A stretch of DNA of 64,000 nucleotides, taken from Candidatus Tanganyikabacteria bacterium (GTDB lineage Bacteria > Cyanobacteriota > Sericytochromatia > S15B-MN24 > VGJW01). Positions 27,605-37,863 of this stretch are shown one piece after another. The DNA is taken from positions 1,056 to 65,055 of the forward strand of contig VGJW01000015.1 in NCBI GenBank assembly GCA_016867265.1, written 5' to 3'. How positions within the stretch are numbered: position 1 is the stretch's first letter; every line of letters begins with the position of its first letter. Below the pieces are notes generated by a model. It saw only the letters and a program-made list of their open reading frames with translations, ran no database searches and was not told the DNA's origin. The translations under genes were made by a program, and so were the position numbers.

Positions 27605-28491
27605 CGGTCCGGATCGTCGGGACGGCCCGGGAGTGGGCCACCCTTCGCCGCCCCGGTGCCCGAGTGGCGTTCGTGCCGACGATGGGCGCGCTGCATGAGG
27701 GCCATGGGGCACTGGTGCGCGCGGCGCGAGCCCATGGGGACATGGTCGTCGCCAGCATCTTCGTTAACCCGACGCAGTTCGGCCCGACGGAAGACCTCGC
27801 CCGCTATCCCCGCGATCTCGAAGGCGATCGAGCCAAGCTCGCAGCGTGGGGGTGCGACGTGCTGTTCCACCCGACGGCCGAGGCGATGTATCGCCAGGGG
27901 CTCGAGGCCTTTCGAATCCACCCGCCGGCGGGGCTCGGGGACTTCTGGTGCGGGCTCGCACGCCCCGGACACCTCGCGGGCGTCTGCACCGTCGTGGCGA
28001 AGCTGCTGGGCATGGTCCGTCCCGACGTGGCGCTCTTCGGCCAGAAGGACTTCCAGCAATGGCGCATCGTCGAGGCTCTGGTCGACGACCTCTGCCTCGG
28101 CACGCGCATCGTCCGCTGCCCGACCATCCGGGAACCGGATGGCGTCGCGATGTCCAGTCGCAATACCTACCTGTCCCCTACGGATCGCATCCGGGCCCGC
28201 GCCCTGTCCGGAGCCCTCGCCGCGGTGCTCGGCTGCTGGCGTTCGGGCGAACGGGACATCCTGGCCCTCGAGGCGGCCGGCAAGCAAGCCTGGATCCGAC
28301 TGCAGGGCAAGGACCCCGAACTGGGCGATCTGGCCTACCTCGAGGTCCGACACCAGGACCTGACGCGCCCCGCCCTCCTGACAGCGCCGGGCGTGGCGGC
28401 CATGGCGGCACAGATTGGCCCCGCGCGCCTGATTGACAACGTCCTCCTCGAGGATCATTCCCCCGACCTGCCGCTCCTGGAGCTTGCCTGA
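27601..28491 (+). CDS. panC: pantoate--beta-alanine ligase
   Basis: PTMGALHEGH motif and full-length PanC similarity. ATGA-coupled. Confidence 0.9.
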   Translation: MTVRIVGTAREWATLRRPGARVAFVPTMGALHEGHGALVRAARAHGDMVVASIFVNPTQFGPTEDLARYPRDLEGDRAKLAAWGCDVLFHPTAEAMYRQGLEAFRIHPPAGLGDFWCGLARPGHLAGVCTVVAKLLGMVRPDVALFGQKDFQQWRIVEALVDDLCLGTRIVRCPTIREPDGVAMSSRNTYLSPTDRIRARALSGALAAVLGCWRSGERDILALEAAGKQAWIRLQGKDPELGDLAYLEVRHQDLTRPALLTAPGVAAMAAQIGPARLIDNVLLEDHSPDLPLLELA

Positions 28492-29157
28492 ATGCCCCTC
28501 ATCGTGACCCTCGACGGCCCCGCTGGCGCCGGCAAGAGCACCCTCGCGCGCCATCTGGCGCAGCAGCTCGGCTGGACTTATCTGGACACGGGGGCCATGT
28601 ACCGGGCCGTGACATGGGCCGCAATGGATCGGGGTGTCGACATCGGGGACGCGACGGCGCTCGGTGCGCTCGCGCGGTCGTTGCGCCTCGCGCTCTTGCC
28701 CGGCCCGGACGGCGCGCGCGTCGAAGCCGACGGCAGGGACATCACCGAGGCCATCCGTTCGGCAGCCGTCACGGGCCGGGTCTCGGCCGTCGCCGCCGTG
28801 GCCGAGGTACGTGACGCCATGGTCGCGGAGCAGCGGCGCATCGGCGAGGCCGCCGACCTGGTGGCCGAGGGACGGGACATGGGCACGGTTGTCTTCCCGG
28901 ACGCTCCCCTCAAGGTCTACGTGACGGCTTCCCCGGGTGTCCGGGCGGAACGGCGTGCCGCCGAACTGGCCCGGGCGGGCCGGATGGTCGACGTTCGGGC
29001 ACTCGAGCAGGAACTGGTGGCGCGAGACGCGCTCGATTCAGGCCGCGAGGTCGCGCCGTTGCGCCCGGCCTCGGACGCGCGACATCTGCTGACCGACGGC
29101 GAAGACGTGCAGACGCTGCTCGGAAAGCTTCTGGGCTGGGTCGGTGAAATCCGCTGA
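28492..29157 (+). CDS. cmk: cytidylate kinase
   Basis: P-loop LDGPAGAGKST plus YLDTGAMYRAV. The start abuts the panC stop. Confidence 0.9.
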   Translation: MPLIVTLDGPAGAGKSTLARHLAQQLGWTYLDTGAMYRAVTWAAMDRGVDIGDATALGALARSLRLALLPGPDGARVEADGRDITEAIRSAAVTGRVSAVAAVAEVRDAMVAEQRRIGEAADLVAEGRDMGTVVFPDAPLKVYVTASPGVRAERRAAELARAGRMVDVRALEQELVARDALDSGREVAPLRPASDARHLLTDGEDVQTLLGKLLGWVGEIR

Positions 29158-29162
29158 TCCCC

Positions 29163-29191
29163 TTGAACAGAGCGCCTGTCGGCCTTATGAT
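29163..29191 (+). promoter_or_regulatory. putative sigma-A-type promoter (TTGAAC-N17-TATGAT) of the fla/che operon
   Basis: It sits in the 103-nt gap between cmk and flgB. The downstream SD GGAGG lies 6 nt before the flgB GTG. Confidence 0.45.
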
Positions 29192-29260
29192 GGCTCTCCG
29201 GGGGGTATGTACCTTCTGAGCGTGGCCTTGCCGGCGGCCGCGGGCCCCTGGAGGTAATGC

Positions 29261-29668
29261 GTGCTCGACGGACTCTTCGGCAAGAAGACCGCGATGTTCG
29301 AGGCCGCCCTGCATGGTCTGCAGGAGCGGGGCGAAGCCATTGCCGAAAACCTCGCGAACCTCGACACGCCCAGCTACAAGGCACGGCGCGTCGCCTTCGA
29401 GGAACAAATGCAGTTCGTGCGAACGCATCGTGCCGCCGACCTCGCGGCCACGACGCCCGCGCACTTTCGCCTCGGGCCCCGCAGCGCCTTCGAGGTCAGG
29501 CCCGTCGAATCCCGAGATCGCTCCTCGACCCTGCGCAACGACGGCAACAACGTCGACGTCGACGTCGAGATGACGGCCCTCGCCAAGAACCAGTTGTCCT
29601 ACAGCTACGTGGCCGAACTGACCAAGCGGCAGTTCGAGGGCCTCAAGTCCGTGATCCGGGGGAGCTGA
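29261..29668 (+). CDS. flgB: flagellar basal-body rod protein FlgB
   Basis: ...AENLANLDTPSYKARRV... is the rod-protein N-terminal motif, and the gene is first in the fla operon. Confidence 0.85.
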   Translation: MLDGLFGKKTAMFEAALHGLQERGEAIAENLANLDTPSYKARRVAFEEQMQFVRTHRAADLAATTPAHFRLGPRSAFEVRPVESRDRSSTLRNDGNNVDVDVEMTALAKNQLSYSYVAELTKRQFEGLKSVIRGS

Positions 29669-29670
29669 CC

Positions 29671-30060
29671 ATGGGAGCCTTCGACGGTCTCGACATCGCC
29701 GCCAGCGGCTTGACGGCACAGCGCTTCCGACTGGACGTCATCTCGGCCAACCTGGCCAACGTCAACACGACCCGTACGGACGCGGGCGAACCGTTTCGGC
29801 GCCAGATCGTCCATTTCAAGGCACGCCAGGGCAAACTGCCCGGTGTCGATGTCTTCGAGATCGCCCAGGACAAGACGCCCTTTCCGCGCATCTATGATCC
29901 TGGCAACCCTGACGCCGACGAGGCGGGCTACGTGCGGATGCCCAACGTCAACTCCATCACGGAAATGACGGACCTGATCTCGGCAAGCCGCAGCTACGAG
30001 GCCAACATCACGGCCGCAGGCGCCCTCAAGGAGATGGCGCGCAAGGCACTGGAGATCTGA
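29671..30060 (+). CDS. flgC: flagellar basal-body rod protein FlgC
   Basis: SGLTAQRFRLDVISANLANVNTTRT...SYEANITA matches FlgC. Confidence 0.9.
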   Translation: MGAFDGLDIAASGLTAQRFRLDVISANLANVNTTRTDAGEPFRRQIVHFKARQGKLPGVDVFEIAQDKTPFPRIYDPGNPDADEAGYVRMPNVNSITEMTDLISASRSYEANITAAGALKEMARKALEI

Positions 30061-30065
30061 GCCCC

Positions 30066-30476
30066 TTGGAACTCGGTCCTGTCGGCCCGCTGCCGGCATC
30101 CATCCATCGCCCCCGGACGGCCGTGCCCGCCGCGGGGTTCTCGGACTTCATCGACGGCCTGGCGCCGGTCGAAGGAAGCTCCGACGGGATTGCACCACCC
30201 GACCGCAGCGGCATCCGCCTCGGCCCGACGGCCGCAGCCTCGGCACGGGATGCCCGGGGGGCCCTGCTCAAGCCGCTCGAGGACTTCCTCGGCCAGGTCA
30301 ACACCTCGCTCAACGAGGCGGGTGAGATGCAGGAGCGTCTGGTTTCCGGCGAAGACGTGGACTTCCATGACGTGATGGTGGCTTCCGAGAAGAGCTCCGT
30401 TGCCTTGCAGCTGACGATGCAGCTGCGCAACCGCATCCTCGAGGCCTACCAGGAAGTTGCCCGGATGCAGGTATGA
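30066..30476 (+). CDS. fliE: flagellar hook-basal body protein FliE
   Basis: The C-terminal VDFHDVMVASEKSSVALQLTMQLRNRILEAYQEVARMQV is the FliE signature. A TTG start is inferred. Confidence 0.8.
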   Translation: MELGPVGPLPASIHRPRTAVPAAGFSDFIDGLAPVEGSSDGIAPPDRSGIRLGPTAAASARDARGALLKPLEDFLGQVNTSLNEAGEMQERLVSGEDVDFHDVMVASEKSSVALQLTMQLRNRILEAYQEVARMQV

Positions 30477-30513
30477 GCTGCCCAAGGCCACGGGCGACCG
30501 GGGTTGAACCCGC

Positions 30514-32094
30514 TTGAACGCCTTCATCAAGCGGGCCTGGATCGACCTCGTCCGGATCTGGGAGGGCCTCGGCCAGAGCCAACGCGTCATGCTTGGCGGT
30601 GTCCTCGCGGCATCCGTGGTCGGCCTCGTGGCCTTGGTCATCTGGTCCCAGGCCCCTGACTTCCAACCGCTGTACGCCAACCTCGAGGACGCCGACGCTG
30701 GCGCCGTCATCTCCGAGCTGCAAACGGCGCAGATTCCCTACCAGGTCAGTCCGGACGGCCGCCGCATCAGCGTACCGGCCGGACGCGTCGCCGAGGTCCG
30801 CCTGCAGATGGCGCAGAAGGGCCTGCCGACGGGCGGTGGCCAGCTGGGCTTCGAGGAACTCTTCGACAAGGGCGGCACCCTGGGCCAGACCGATGCCATG
30901 ATGCGGCTCAACGCCAAGCGGGGGCTGCAAGGCGAGTTGGCGCGCACCATCAAGCAGATGAGCGTGGTCGAGACGGCCCGGGTCACGCTGGCCCTGCCGG
31001 AGCCCTCGCTGTACGCGGACAATGATGCGGTCAACGAGCCAAGCGCGACCGTCCTCCTCAAGCTCAAGACCGGCAAGGCGCTCACGCCGGAACAGGCCCG
31101 CACCATCGTTCACCTCGTCGCCGGATCGGTGGAACGCATGAAGGCCCAGAACGTCCTCGTCGCCGATACGGCCGGGCACAACTACACCGAGGACCTCAAC
31201 CTCGGCGACGACAACGCCCTGATGAGCGCCGGCCAACTCGAGACCAAGCGCAACTACGAGGCTGTCATCCGAAAGAATCTCCAGGCCATGCTCGACCGGG
31301 TACTTGGCCTTGGCAACTCGGTCGTCCAGGTCCAGGCCGACTTCGACTTCAACCGTATCGAAGTGGACCAGGAGATCTTCCAACCCATCTTGCAGGCCCC
31401 GGACGGCACGCGGTCGGGCCTTTTGCGCAGCCAGCGGGAATCGGTCGAGGAGTACCAAGGCCGTGCACCGTCGGTGGCCGGCGCACCGGGCACGACCACC
31501 AACATCCCCAGCTACCAGGCCTCGGACTCGATGGGTGACAACGGCAACTACCGTCGCAGCGATGTCACCCGGAACTTCGAGATGAACAAGGAGATCAAGC
31601 GCCAGACCAAGCCTCCGGCTGAACTGCGCCGCCTGTCCGTATCGGTGGCGGTGAACGGCGAGATCCCCGAAGAGCAGCAGCAGAGCATGAAGGACATGAT
31701 CGCCGCAGCCTCAGGCATCGACCTGAACCGGGGCGACACGCTGGTCGTGGCGGCCATTCCCTTCAACGACAAGGCGGCCAAGGACGCCGAAGCCGAAATC
31801 CTGGCCGAAGGAGAGCGGGCCCAGCTCATCAACCTCGCCAAGATCCTCGGGGCCGTGCTCGTGGCGCTCGTCGCACTGTTCCTGCTGCGTCGCGGCTTGC
31901 GTGCCCGCGAGGATGAATTGCTGGCCACGTTGCAGACCCCTGCCGAGAAGGCGGGCATCAACGTGGCGGAGATTGTTCTGGGCGAGGAGGATCGACGCAC
32001 GCACTTGCAGCGGGAAATCTCGAAGGTCGTCAAGGCCCAGCCGCAGGAGGTCGCGAGGCTGGTACGAACTTGGATGCTCGAGGACGATCGCTAG
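30514..32094 (+). CDS. fliF: flagellar M-ring protein FliF
   Basis: Length and motifs are typical of FliF (two TM segments, a periplasmic ring domain), and it is positioned before fliG. A TTG start. Confidence 0.85.
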   Translation: MNAFIKRAWIDLVRIWEGLGQSQRVMLGGVLAASVVGLVALVIWSQAPDFQPLYANLEDADAGAVISELQTAQIPYQVSPDGRRISVPAGRVAEVRLQMAQKGLPTGGGQLGFEELFDKGGTLGQTDAMMRLNAKRGLQGELARTIKQMSVVETARVTLALPEPSLYADNDAVNEPSATVLLKLKTGKALTPEQARTIVHLVAGSVERMKAQNVLVADTAGHNYTEDLNLGDDNALMSAGQLETKRNYEAVIRKNLQAMLDRVLGLGNSVVQVQADFDFNRIEVDQEIFQPILQAPDGTRSGLLRSQRESVEEYQGRAPSVAGAPGTTTNIPSYQASDSMGDNGNYRRSDVTRNFEMNKEIKRQTKPPAELRRLSVSVAVNGEIPEEQQQSMKDMIAAASGIDLNRGDTLVVAAIPFNDKAAKDAEAEILAEGERAQLINLAKILGAVLVALVALFLLRRGLRAREDELLATLQTPAEKAGINVAEIVLGEEDRRTHLQREISKVVKAQPQEVARLVRTWMLEDDR

Positions 32095-32097
32095 TCC

Positions 32098-33111
32098 ATG
32101 CGCAACAAGATCGAACTGAACGGCCGCAAGAAGGCCGCCGCCCTCATGGTCGCGCTGGGGCCCGATGTCTCGGCCGATATCCTGCGCAATCTCGGCAGCC
32201 CCGAGGAAATCGAGCAGTTGACGCTCGAGATCGCCAACCTCGGCAAGATTCCGGCGGATACGACGGAAGAGCTGCTCGAGGAGTTCTATCACGTTCTGCA
32301 AGCCAACAAGTACATCACCCAGGGTGGTCTGCCCTACGCCAAGAACCTGCTCAACAAGGCGCTGGGTCAGGAAAAGGCCGACGAGATGCTCAGCAAGCTG
32401 GCTTCCTCGCTGACGAGCATGCCCTTCGAGTTCATCCGGCAGGCCGACGCGACGCAAATCCTGAACTTCATTCAGGCCGAGCATCCCCAGACCATCGCCT
32501 TGATTCTCAGTTACCTTAGGCCGGGCCAGGCAGCCTTGGTGCTATCCGGTCTGCCAGCGGAGATCCAGACCGAGGTCGCGACGCGCATCGCCGAGATGGA
32601 CCGGACGACTCCGGCCGTCCTCAAGGAGGTCGAACGCGTCCTCGAGCGAAAGTTCGCCTCCGTGGCCTCTCAGGACTTCAGCGCCGCCGGCGGCGTCAAG
32701 GCCGTCGTCGAGGTCCTCAACCGGGTCGACAGGGGTACAGAGAGGACCATCATCGAATCGCTCGAGGAGATGAACCCCGACCTGGCCGAGGAAATCAAGA
32801 AGCTGATGTTCGTCTTCGAGGACATCATCCTGCTCGACGACCGCTCGATCCAGCGCATCCTGCGGGATGTCGACGGCAAGGAGCTGGCCATGGCGCTCAA
32901 GGGCGCCAATGAAGAGGTCCGAGGCCGCATCTTCAAGAACATGTCCGAACGCATGGGCAAGATGATTCGGGACGAGCTCGAGTACATGGGCCCTGTTCGC
33001 GTCCGTGACGTCGAGGAGGTCCAGCAGAAGGTCGTCGCCCACATCCGGGCCCTCGAGGAGCGGGGCGAGATCGTCATCAGCCGCGGCGGCGGCGACGAGC
33101 TGCTGAGCTAG
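32098..33111 (+). CDS. fliG: flagellar motor switch protein FliG
   Basis: Full-length FliG similarity (KAAALMVALG...EIQ...MFVFEDI...). Confidence 0.9.
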   Translation: MRNKIELNGRKKAAALMVALGPDVSADILRNLGSPEEIEQLTLEIANLGKIPADTTEELLEEFYHVLQANKYITQGGLPYAKNLLNKALGQEKADEMLSKLASSLTSMPFEFIRQADATQILNFIQAEHPQTIALILSYLRPGQAALVLSGLPAEIQTEVATRIAEMDRTTPAVLKEVERVLERKFASVASQDFSAAGGVKAVVEVLNRVDRGTERTIIESLEEMNPDLAEEIKKLMFVFEDIILLDDRSIQRILRDVDGKELAMALKGANEEVRGRIFKNMSERMGKMIRDELEYMGPVRVRDVEEVQQKVVAHIRALEERGEIVISRGGGDELLS

Positions 33112-33115
33112 GCCG

Positions 33116-33928
33116 ATGGAAGGCTCGCCGTTCCGCTCGCCCAACGTCTTCCGGGACGTCTCCATGACGGAGCGCAGCCAGAATATCCCAGGGCCCAAGG
33201 TCATCTTCACGGCCGAGGACGGCGAGAAGCTCAAGGCAAGAATCACCGGGGAGGCCGAAGCCACCCGGCAACGCATGCTCGCCGAGGCCACCATCGAGGC
33301 CGCGCAGATCCGGGCCGAAGCCCACCGCGCCGGCCTCGAGCAAGCCCACGAAGAGGCCTTGGCCCAGGTACGCGGAGAATGGCAGGCGCAGTGGCAAGCC
33401 GCTTTGGATCAGGTCCAGGAAGCCGCTCGCCAAATCCTTGGGGCGCGAGTGCAGTTGGTCGAGGGCCTCGAGTCCGAGTTGTCCGCCCTCGCACTGGCCC
33501 TCGCAGCCAGAGTCATCGGCCGCGAGGCAGCCCAACCCGAAACCACTCGCCACTTGGCCGTGCAGGCGCTGGACCGATTGACGCGCGGTCACGCCGTCGA
33601 TATCCGCGTCGCGCCCCTGCTGGTCAACGCCTTGGGCGGTGAGGTGACCCATCCTCGCTGGGGCAGTATCCGGCTGCTCCCTGATCCCGAACTGCAGGCA
33701 GGTGACGTCCGGGTGACCTTCGACTGGTGCGTCGCCGACGCACGTCTCGATGCGATGCTGCAAGAGTTGGCGGCGGGGATGGACCAGACGGCCCCGGCGA
33801 TCCCGGAGCATCCGCTGGCCGTGCCTCCGCCACAGCCTACACCCCCTGCGGCGCCGGCAGAAGCCCAAGTCGAGGAGACGGCGACGCGCCGCGTCCCGGC
33901 GCGCCGCACCGGAGGCTGGTTGTCGTGA
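33116..33928 (+). CDS. fliH: flagellar assembly protein FliH
   Basis: A coiled-coil, Glu/Ala-rich FliH-like protein between fliG and fliI. Confidence 0.75.
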   Translation: MEGSPFRSPNVFRDVSMTERSQNIPGPKVIFTAEDGEKLKARITGEAEATRQRMLAEATIEAAQIRAEAHRAGLEQAHEEALAQVRGEWQAQWQAALDQVQEAARQILGARVQLVEGLESELSALALALAARVIGREAAQPETTRHLAVQALDRLTRGHAVDIRVAPLLVNALGGEVTHPRWGSIRLLPDPELQAGDVRVTFDWCVADARLDAMLQELAAGMDQTAPAIPEHPLAVPPPQPTPPAAPAEAQVEETATRRVPARRTGGWLS

Positions 33929-35247
33929 CCGAACCGCTGGCCACCCTGCTCGAAGGCTGGCGGCAGCAGGTCCTTGACACCGATCCCGTCCGCTTCGAGG
34001 GCACGGTCGTCCAGGTGGTGGGTCTGGTCCTGGAAAGTCAGGGACCACCGGCGCGGCTGGGTGAAGTCTGCTTGGTGGATGCCGGGCAGGGCCCCGCCAT
34101 TCCTACGGAGGTCGTGGGCTTTCGCGAGGGGCGCCTGCTCTTGATGCCCCTGGGACCGATGGAAGGTGTGGCGCCCGGTGCGCGTGTGCGCGGCACGGGA
34201 CGCGGCCTCAGGGTCCCGGTGGGCCCGGGCCTGCTCGGACGCATTGTCGATGGCCTGGGGCAGCCGATCGACGGCAAGGGCCCTCTGGCAGCGACCCAGT
34301 GGGCGCCCGTCGACCGCACGCCTCCCAATCCGCTCGAGCGGCAACGCATTCTGGAGCCCATGCCGACGGGGGTCCGTGCGCTGGACGCCATGCTGACCGT
34401 CGGCTATGGCCAACGCCTGGGAATCTTCGCCGGCTCAGGCGTCGGCAAGAGTACCCTCCTCGGCATGCTGGCGCGCCAGGCCGAGGCCGATGTCAATGTC
34501 ATCGCGCTCATCGGCGAGCGTGGCCGGGAGGTTCGCGAGTTCCTCGAGGAAGACCTCGGCGAAGCCGGTCTCGCCCGCAGTGTCGTTGTCGTCGCGACGA
34601 GCGACGCGCCGGCCCTCGTGCGTCTCAAGGGTGCGTTTGTCGCCACGGCCATGGCCGAGGCCTTCCGCGACGTGGGCGCCCGGGTGCTGTTGATGATGGA
34701 CTCGGTCACACGCTTTGCCATGGCCCAGCGCGAGGTGGGCCTCGCCACAGGCGAACCTCCCGCGACCAAGGGCTACACGCCAAGCGTCTTCGCGTTGCTG
34801 CCTCGCCTGCTGGAACGGGCCGGCATGGGGGCGGTCGGCGGCATCACCGGCCTCTATACGGTCCTCGTCGACGCCGACGACTTCAATGAACCCATCTCCG
34901 ATGCGGTCCGAGGGATCCTGGACGGTCACGTCATCCTCTCCCGTGCCCTCGCCGTCCAGAACCACTATCCGGCCATCGACATCCTCCAAAGCGTCTCGCG
35001 GGTGCAACCGCTGATCCAGCCTGCCGAACCGCTGGCGCACGCCGCGACACTCCGCGAGCGCATGGCCACGTGGCAGGAGAACAAGGACATCATCACGCTG
35101 GGCGCCTATGTGCCCGGCAGCGATGCCGCCATCGACCGGGCCGTCAGGCTGCGTCCCGACATCGACGCCTTCCTGCGCCAGGATCGCCACGAAGCCACGG
35201 CCTTCGCGGACACCATGGCCCTGCTTGGCGATCTGGCCACGCGCTGA
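33925..35247 (+). CDS. fliI: flagellum-specific ATP synthase FliI
   Basis: Walker A GSGVGKST and an F1-ATPase-like fold. The GTG start overlaps the fliH stop (GTGA), with GGAGG upstream. Confidence 0.9.
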   Translation: MTEPLATLLEGWRQQVLDTDPVRFEGTVVQVVGLVLESQGPPARLGEVCLVDAGQGPAIPTEVVGFREGRLLLMPLGPMEGVAPGARVRGTGRGLRVPVGPGLLGRIVDGLGQPIDGKGPLAATQWAPVDRTPPNPLERQRILEPMPTGVRALDAMLTVGYGQRLGIFAGSGVGKSTLLGMLARQAEADVNVIALIGERGREVREFLEEDLGEAGLARSVVVVATSDAPALVRLKGAFVATAMAEAFRDVGARVLLMMDSVTRFAMAQREVGLATGEPPATKGYTPSVFALLPRLLERAGMGAVGGITGLYTVLVDADDFNEPISDAVRGILDGHVILSRALAVQNHYPAIDILQSVSRVQPLIQPAEPLAHAATLRERMATWQENKDIITLGAYVPGSDAAIDRAVRLRPDIDAFLRQDRHEATAFADTMALLGDLATR

Positions 35248-35714
35248 TGGCCAAGGCTTTCCGCTTTCGGTTTGAGGGCTTGCTGAGGATCCGCAGCCGT
35301 GCCGAGGAAGCGGCCGAGCGGAACTATCTGGCGGCCTCGGCACGGGAGAGAGAGGCGGACAAGGCAGTCGAGGCGGCCCGGCAGGACCGTCGCCAGGCCG
35401 CTTCGGAAGCCCTGGCCCGCAGACAGGCAGGTACGCTCGACCTGCGTGCCGTTCAGGACGAGGGAGCATGGGAGCGGTCCCTTGACCTCCGGATCCTCGA
35501 TGCGGAGAAGGTACTTTCGGACGCCTGCCGGGGAACGGCCCAGGCCCGGGAAACCTGGCTGGCGGCGCGCCGTGCGCGCGAAATCGTGTCTCGCCTGAAG
35601 GACAAGCAGCACCTTGGCTGGTTGCAGGACCTCGAACATGCCGAGCGCGTCCTGCTGGACGAACTGGCCACCCAGGCCCATGCTCGGCGGGAAGGGCGAC
35701 CGGAGAGCCTTTAG
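35247..35714 (+). CDS. fliJ: flagellar export chaperone FliJ
   Basis: A 155-aa coiled-coil protein directly after fliI, with a FliJ-like Arg/Glu-rich pattern. Its ATG shares the A of the fliI TGA. Confidence 0.7.
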   Translation: MAKAFRFRFEGLLRIRSRAEEAAERNYLAASAREREADKAVEAARQDRRQAASEALARRQAGTLDLRAVQDEGAWERSLDLRILDAEKVLSDACRGTAQARETWLAARRAREIVSRLKDKQHLGWLQDLEHAERVLLDELATQAHARREGRPESL

Positions 35715-35766
35715 ATCGGCGTAATCCTGACGATGGAAGGCTATATCGCCATCCACGAGGACTTCC

Positions 35767-37311
35767 ATGACGCCGGTCGATCTGCGTGCGCACGCCGTTG
35801 TCGCGCCTTGGCAGCCTGCGCTGCCCGAAACTGCTGCCCCCGTTCCCGCACGCTCGAGCAAGGCCTTCCGCGAGGAAATCCGCAAGACTGCCCTGCAGGC
35901 CCCGGCCCGGCGCGGGTCCGAACGTCCCGGAACCCTGCGCGCGCGCCCCGATGACCTGCGTGTTCCGGCGGAGCGGCCCAAAAGCGCCGGCCCGGCGATC
36001 CGTGGCATGGCGACCACCAGAGACTCGGGACGGGCCGCCTCGCGGTCCGGTCCGGTCGTCGACAAGCGCCCGGGGCGCAACGAGTCCTGGGCGGCGTCGG
36101 CAACGAATGTTCGCGGGCCCGCACCTGCTCCTGACTCCGAAGCACGGTCCCTGCACCCTGCCGAGCCTGCGACCGAGGACTCGGCCCTCACGATGCCGGG
36201 AGATTCCGGTCACGCCCCACAGGAAACGACGGGCGATGCCGAGACGACCCTCGAGGTAACGGGGCGCGAGCCCCTCGATCCCCAGTTGCTGGCCCTGCTG
36301 GCTGCCACCATCGAAGTACGCACGAACGGCCCCGTTCCGGAGGTCGCCGCGGATAGAAGCCCGGATCCTGTCGCATCGCCAGGCCTGATCCAAGCCAGTG
36401 CCCAAGGAACCCTCCTGACGCCCGCTCCGGTCGGGGGCGTCGCGGCGCCGCAGCAACAGTCCGTTCCCCGGGCAACCACCGACACCAGCCCTGCCGGACG
36501 TGCGACAGGCCTTCCGACGCCGGGCGAGGCGGCCCGGTCCACCGCAGCCGCGTCTCCCGACTCGATTGCGGGAGCGGCCGGGCGGGCTGCACACGGCCCT
36601 GCGCAGGCCCCGGAGCCGGAGAGGGTGGCCAAGACCGAAGTCCGCCGAGAGGCGGACGCTCTACGCGTGACCTCGATGCCCGAGATGGGCCTCGCGGACC
36701 TCAGGCTCAGGCCCGCGACTGGCGGCCAAGGCGATCCGCATCAGGAAGGTGGCGCCGAGGACGCCATGCCGGATGCGCAGGCCGATCCCTTGCCGATGGC
36801 CGAGCGGCGCGAAGGTAGCTTCGAGGGTGTTGTCGGGTCGGGCGCCGTGGGGACCCGCGAGGGCGTCTCGAATCGGACGGCGCGCGAGGCCCCTGCCTTG
36901 ACCAGGACCTTGGCAGCCGAGGTTCAGGAGGCCGTCCGTACGGGCCCCCGCTCGATCCGCATGACGCTGAAACCCGAAGCACTGGGTGAAGTGCAGCTGC
37001 GCGTCGCCCTCGTGGGCGGCGGCGTTCGCGCGACACTTCACGTCGACCGTGAAGACGCCCGGGACCTCTTGGGGCGGCAACTCGACCAGGTCCGGCAGAC
37101 ACTCGTCGATCAAGGGATTCGGGTGGATCGTCTCGAGGTCGTCTGGCGTGGAGCAGAGACGGCCGAGGAACAAGGCCGGCAGGACTTCGGGCAGGGTCGT
37201 CACGAGCGCGAGCAACAGGAGCGCGACCAGCCGGCACGCCGTGAAACGGAAGCGTGGCAGCAAGCCCTCAATGAGGCGGGGCAACCTGCCGATATGTCCG
37301 ATATCGCGTAG
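35767..37311 (+). CDS. fliK: flagellar hook-length control protein FliK
   Basis: A Pro/Ala-rich N-terminus and a C-terminal Flg_hook domain (SIRMTLKPEALGEVQLRVALVGGGVRATLHVD...). Confidence 0.75.
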   Translation: MTPVDLRAHAVVAPWQPALPETAAPVPARSSKAFREEIRKTALQAPARRGSERPGTLRARPDDLRVPAERPKSAGPAIRGMATTRDSGRAASRSGPVVDKRPGRNESWAASATNVRGPAPAPDSEARSLHPAEPATEDSALTMPGDSGHAPQETTGDAETTLEVTGREPLDPQLLALLAATIEVRTNGPVPEVAADRSPDPVASPGLIQASAQGTLLTPAPVGGVAAPQQQSVPRATTDTSPAGRATGLPTPGEAARSTAAASPDSIAGAAGRAAHGPAQAPEPERVAKTEVRREADALRVTSMPEMGLADLRLRPATGGQGDPHQEGGAEDAMPDAQADPLPMAERREGSFEGVVGSGAVGTREGVSNRTAREAPALTRTLAAEVQEAVRTGPRSIRMTLKPEALGEVQLRVALVGGGVRATLHVDREDARDLLGRQLDQVRQTLVDQGIRVDRLEVVWRGAETAEEQGRQDFGQGRHEREQQERDQPARRETEAWQQALNEAGQPADMSDIA

Positions 37312-37326
37312 GAGGTCCGGAAACCG

Positions 37327-37863
37327 ATGCCAAGTGCCATCGCCAATGTGGCGCCCCAGGGCGGGCCCGCATCCTCCATCCCGAACCCCAAGCAGTTGGG
37401 CCAGGAAGAGTTTCTCAAGCTGCTCATCACGCAGCTCAAGTCGCAGGACCCGATGAAGCCCGTCGAGGACACGGCCTTCATCGCCCAGATGGCCCAGTTC
37501 AGCAGCCTGAACCAGATGCAGGCGCTCAACAAGAGCTTCGAGACCTTCAACCGCAACCAGGCGGATGCCCAGCAACTTCAGACCATGGCCTCCTCGGCCG
37601 CGCTCATCGGCAAGGTCGTCTATGCCGGACCGGACATGCCGAACCGTTCGATGGGCACCATCCAGGAAATTCGCCGCGTGGACGGAGACCTCAAGGTCGT
37701 GCTGCGTGGCGTGGACCGAGATGGCAACACCTTTACCGACAGGGCCTTCCCCCTCGGGCAGGTCCAGCAGATCGGCATGGCACCCGAGGAGGTCGAGCGC
37801 TTCCAGAAGGAAGTCGAGACCCGGATGGCCATCGCCGCAGCGACCTCGGGGACCAGCCTGTGA
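37327..37863 (+). CDS. flgD: flagellar hook assembly (capping) protein FlgD
   Basis: LGQEEFLKLLITQLKSQDPMKP...FIAQMAQFSSLNQM is the FlgD N-terminal motif. A Tudor-like C-terminal domain is also present. Confidence 0.85.
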   Translation: MPSAIANVAPQGGPASSIPNPKQLGQEEFLKLLITQLKSQDPMKPVEDTAFIAQMAQFSSLNQMQALNKSFETFNRNQADAQQLQTMASSAALIGKVVYAGPDMPNRSMGTIQEIRRVDGDLKVVLRGVDRDGNTFTDRAFPLGQVQQIGMAPEEVERFQKEVETRMAIAAATSGTSL

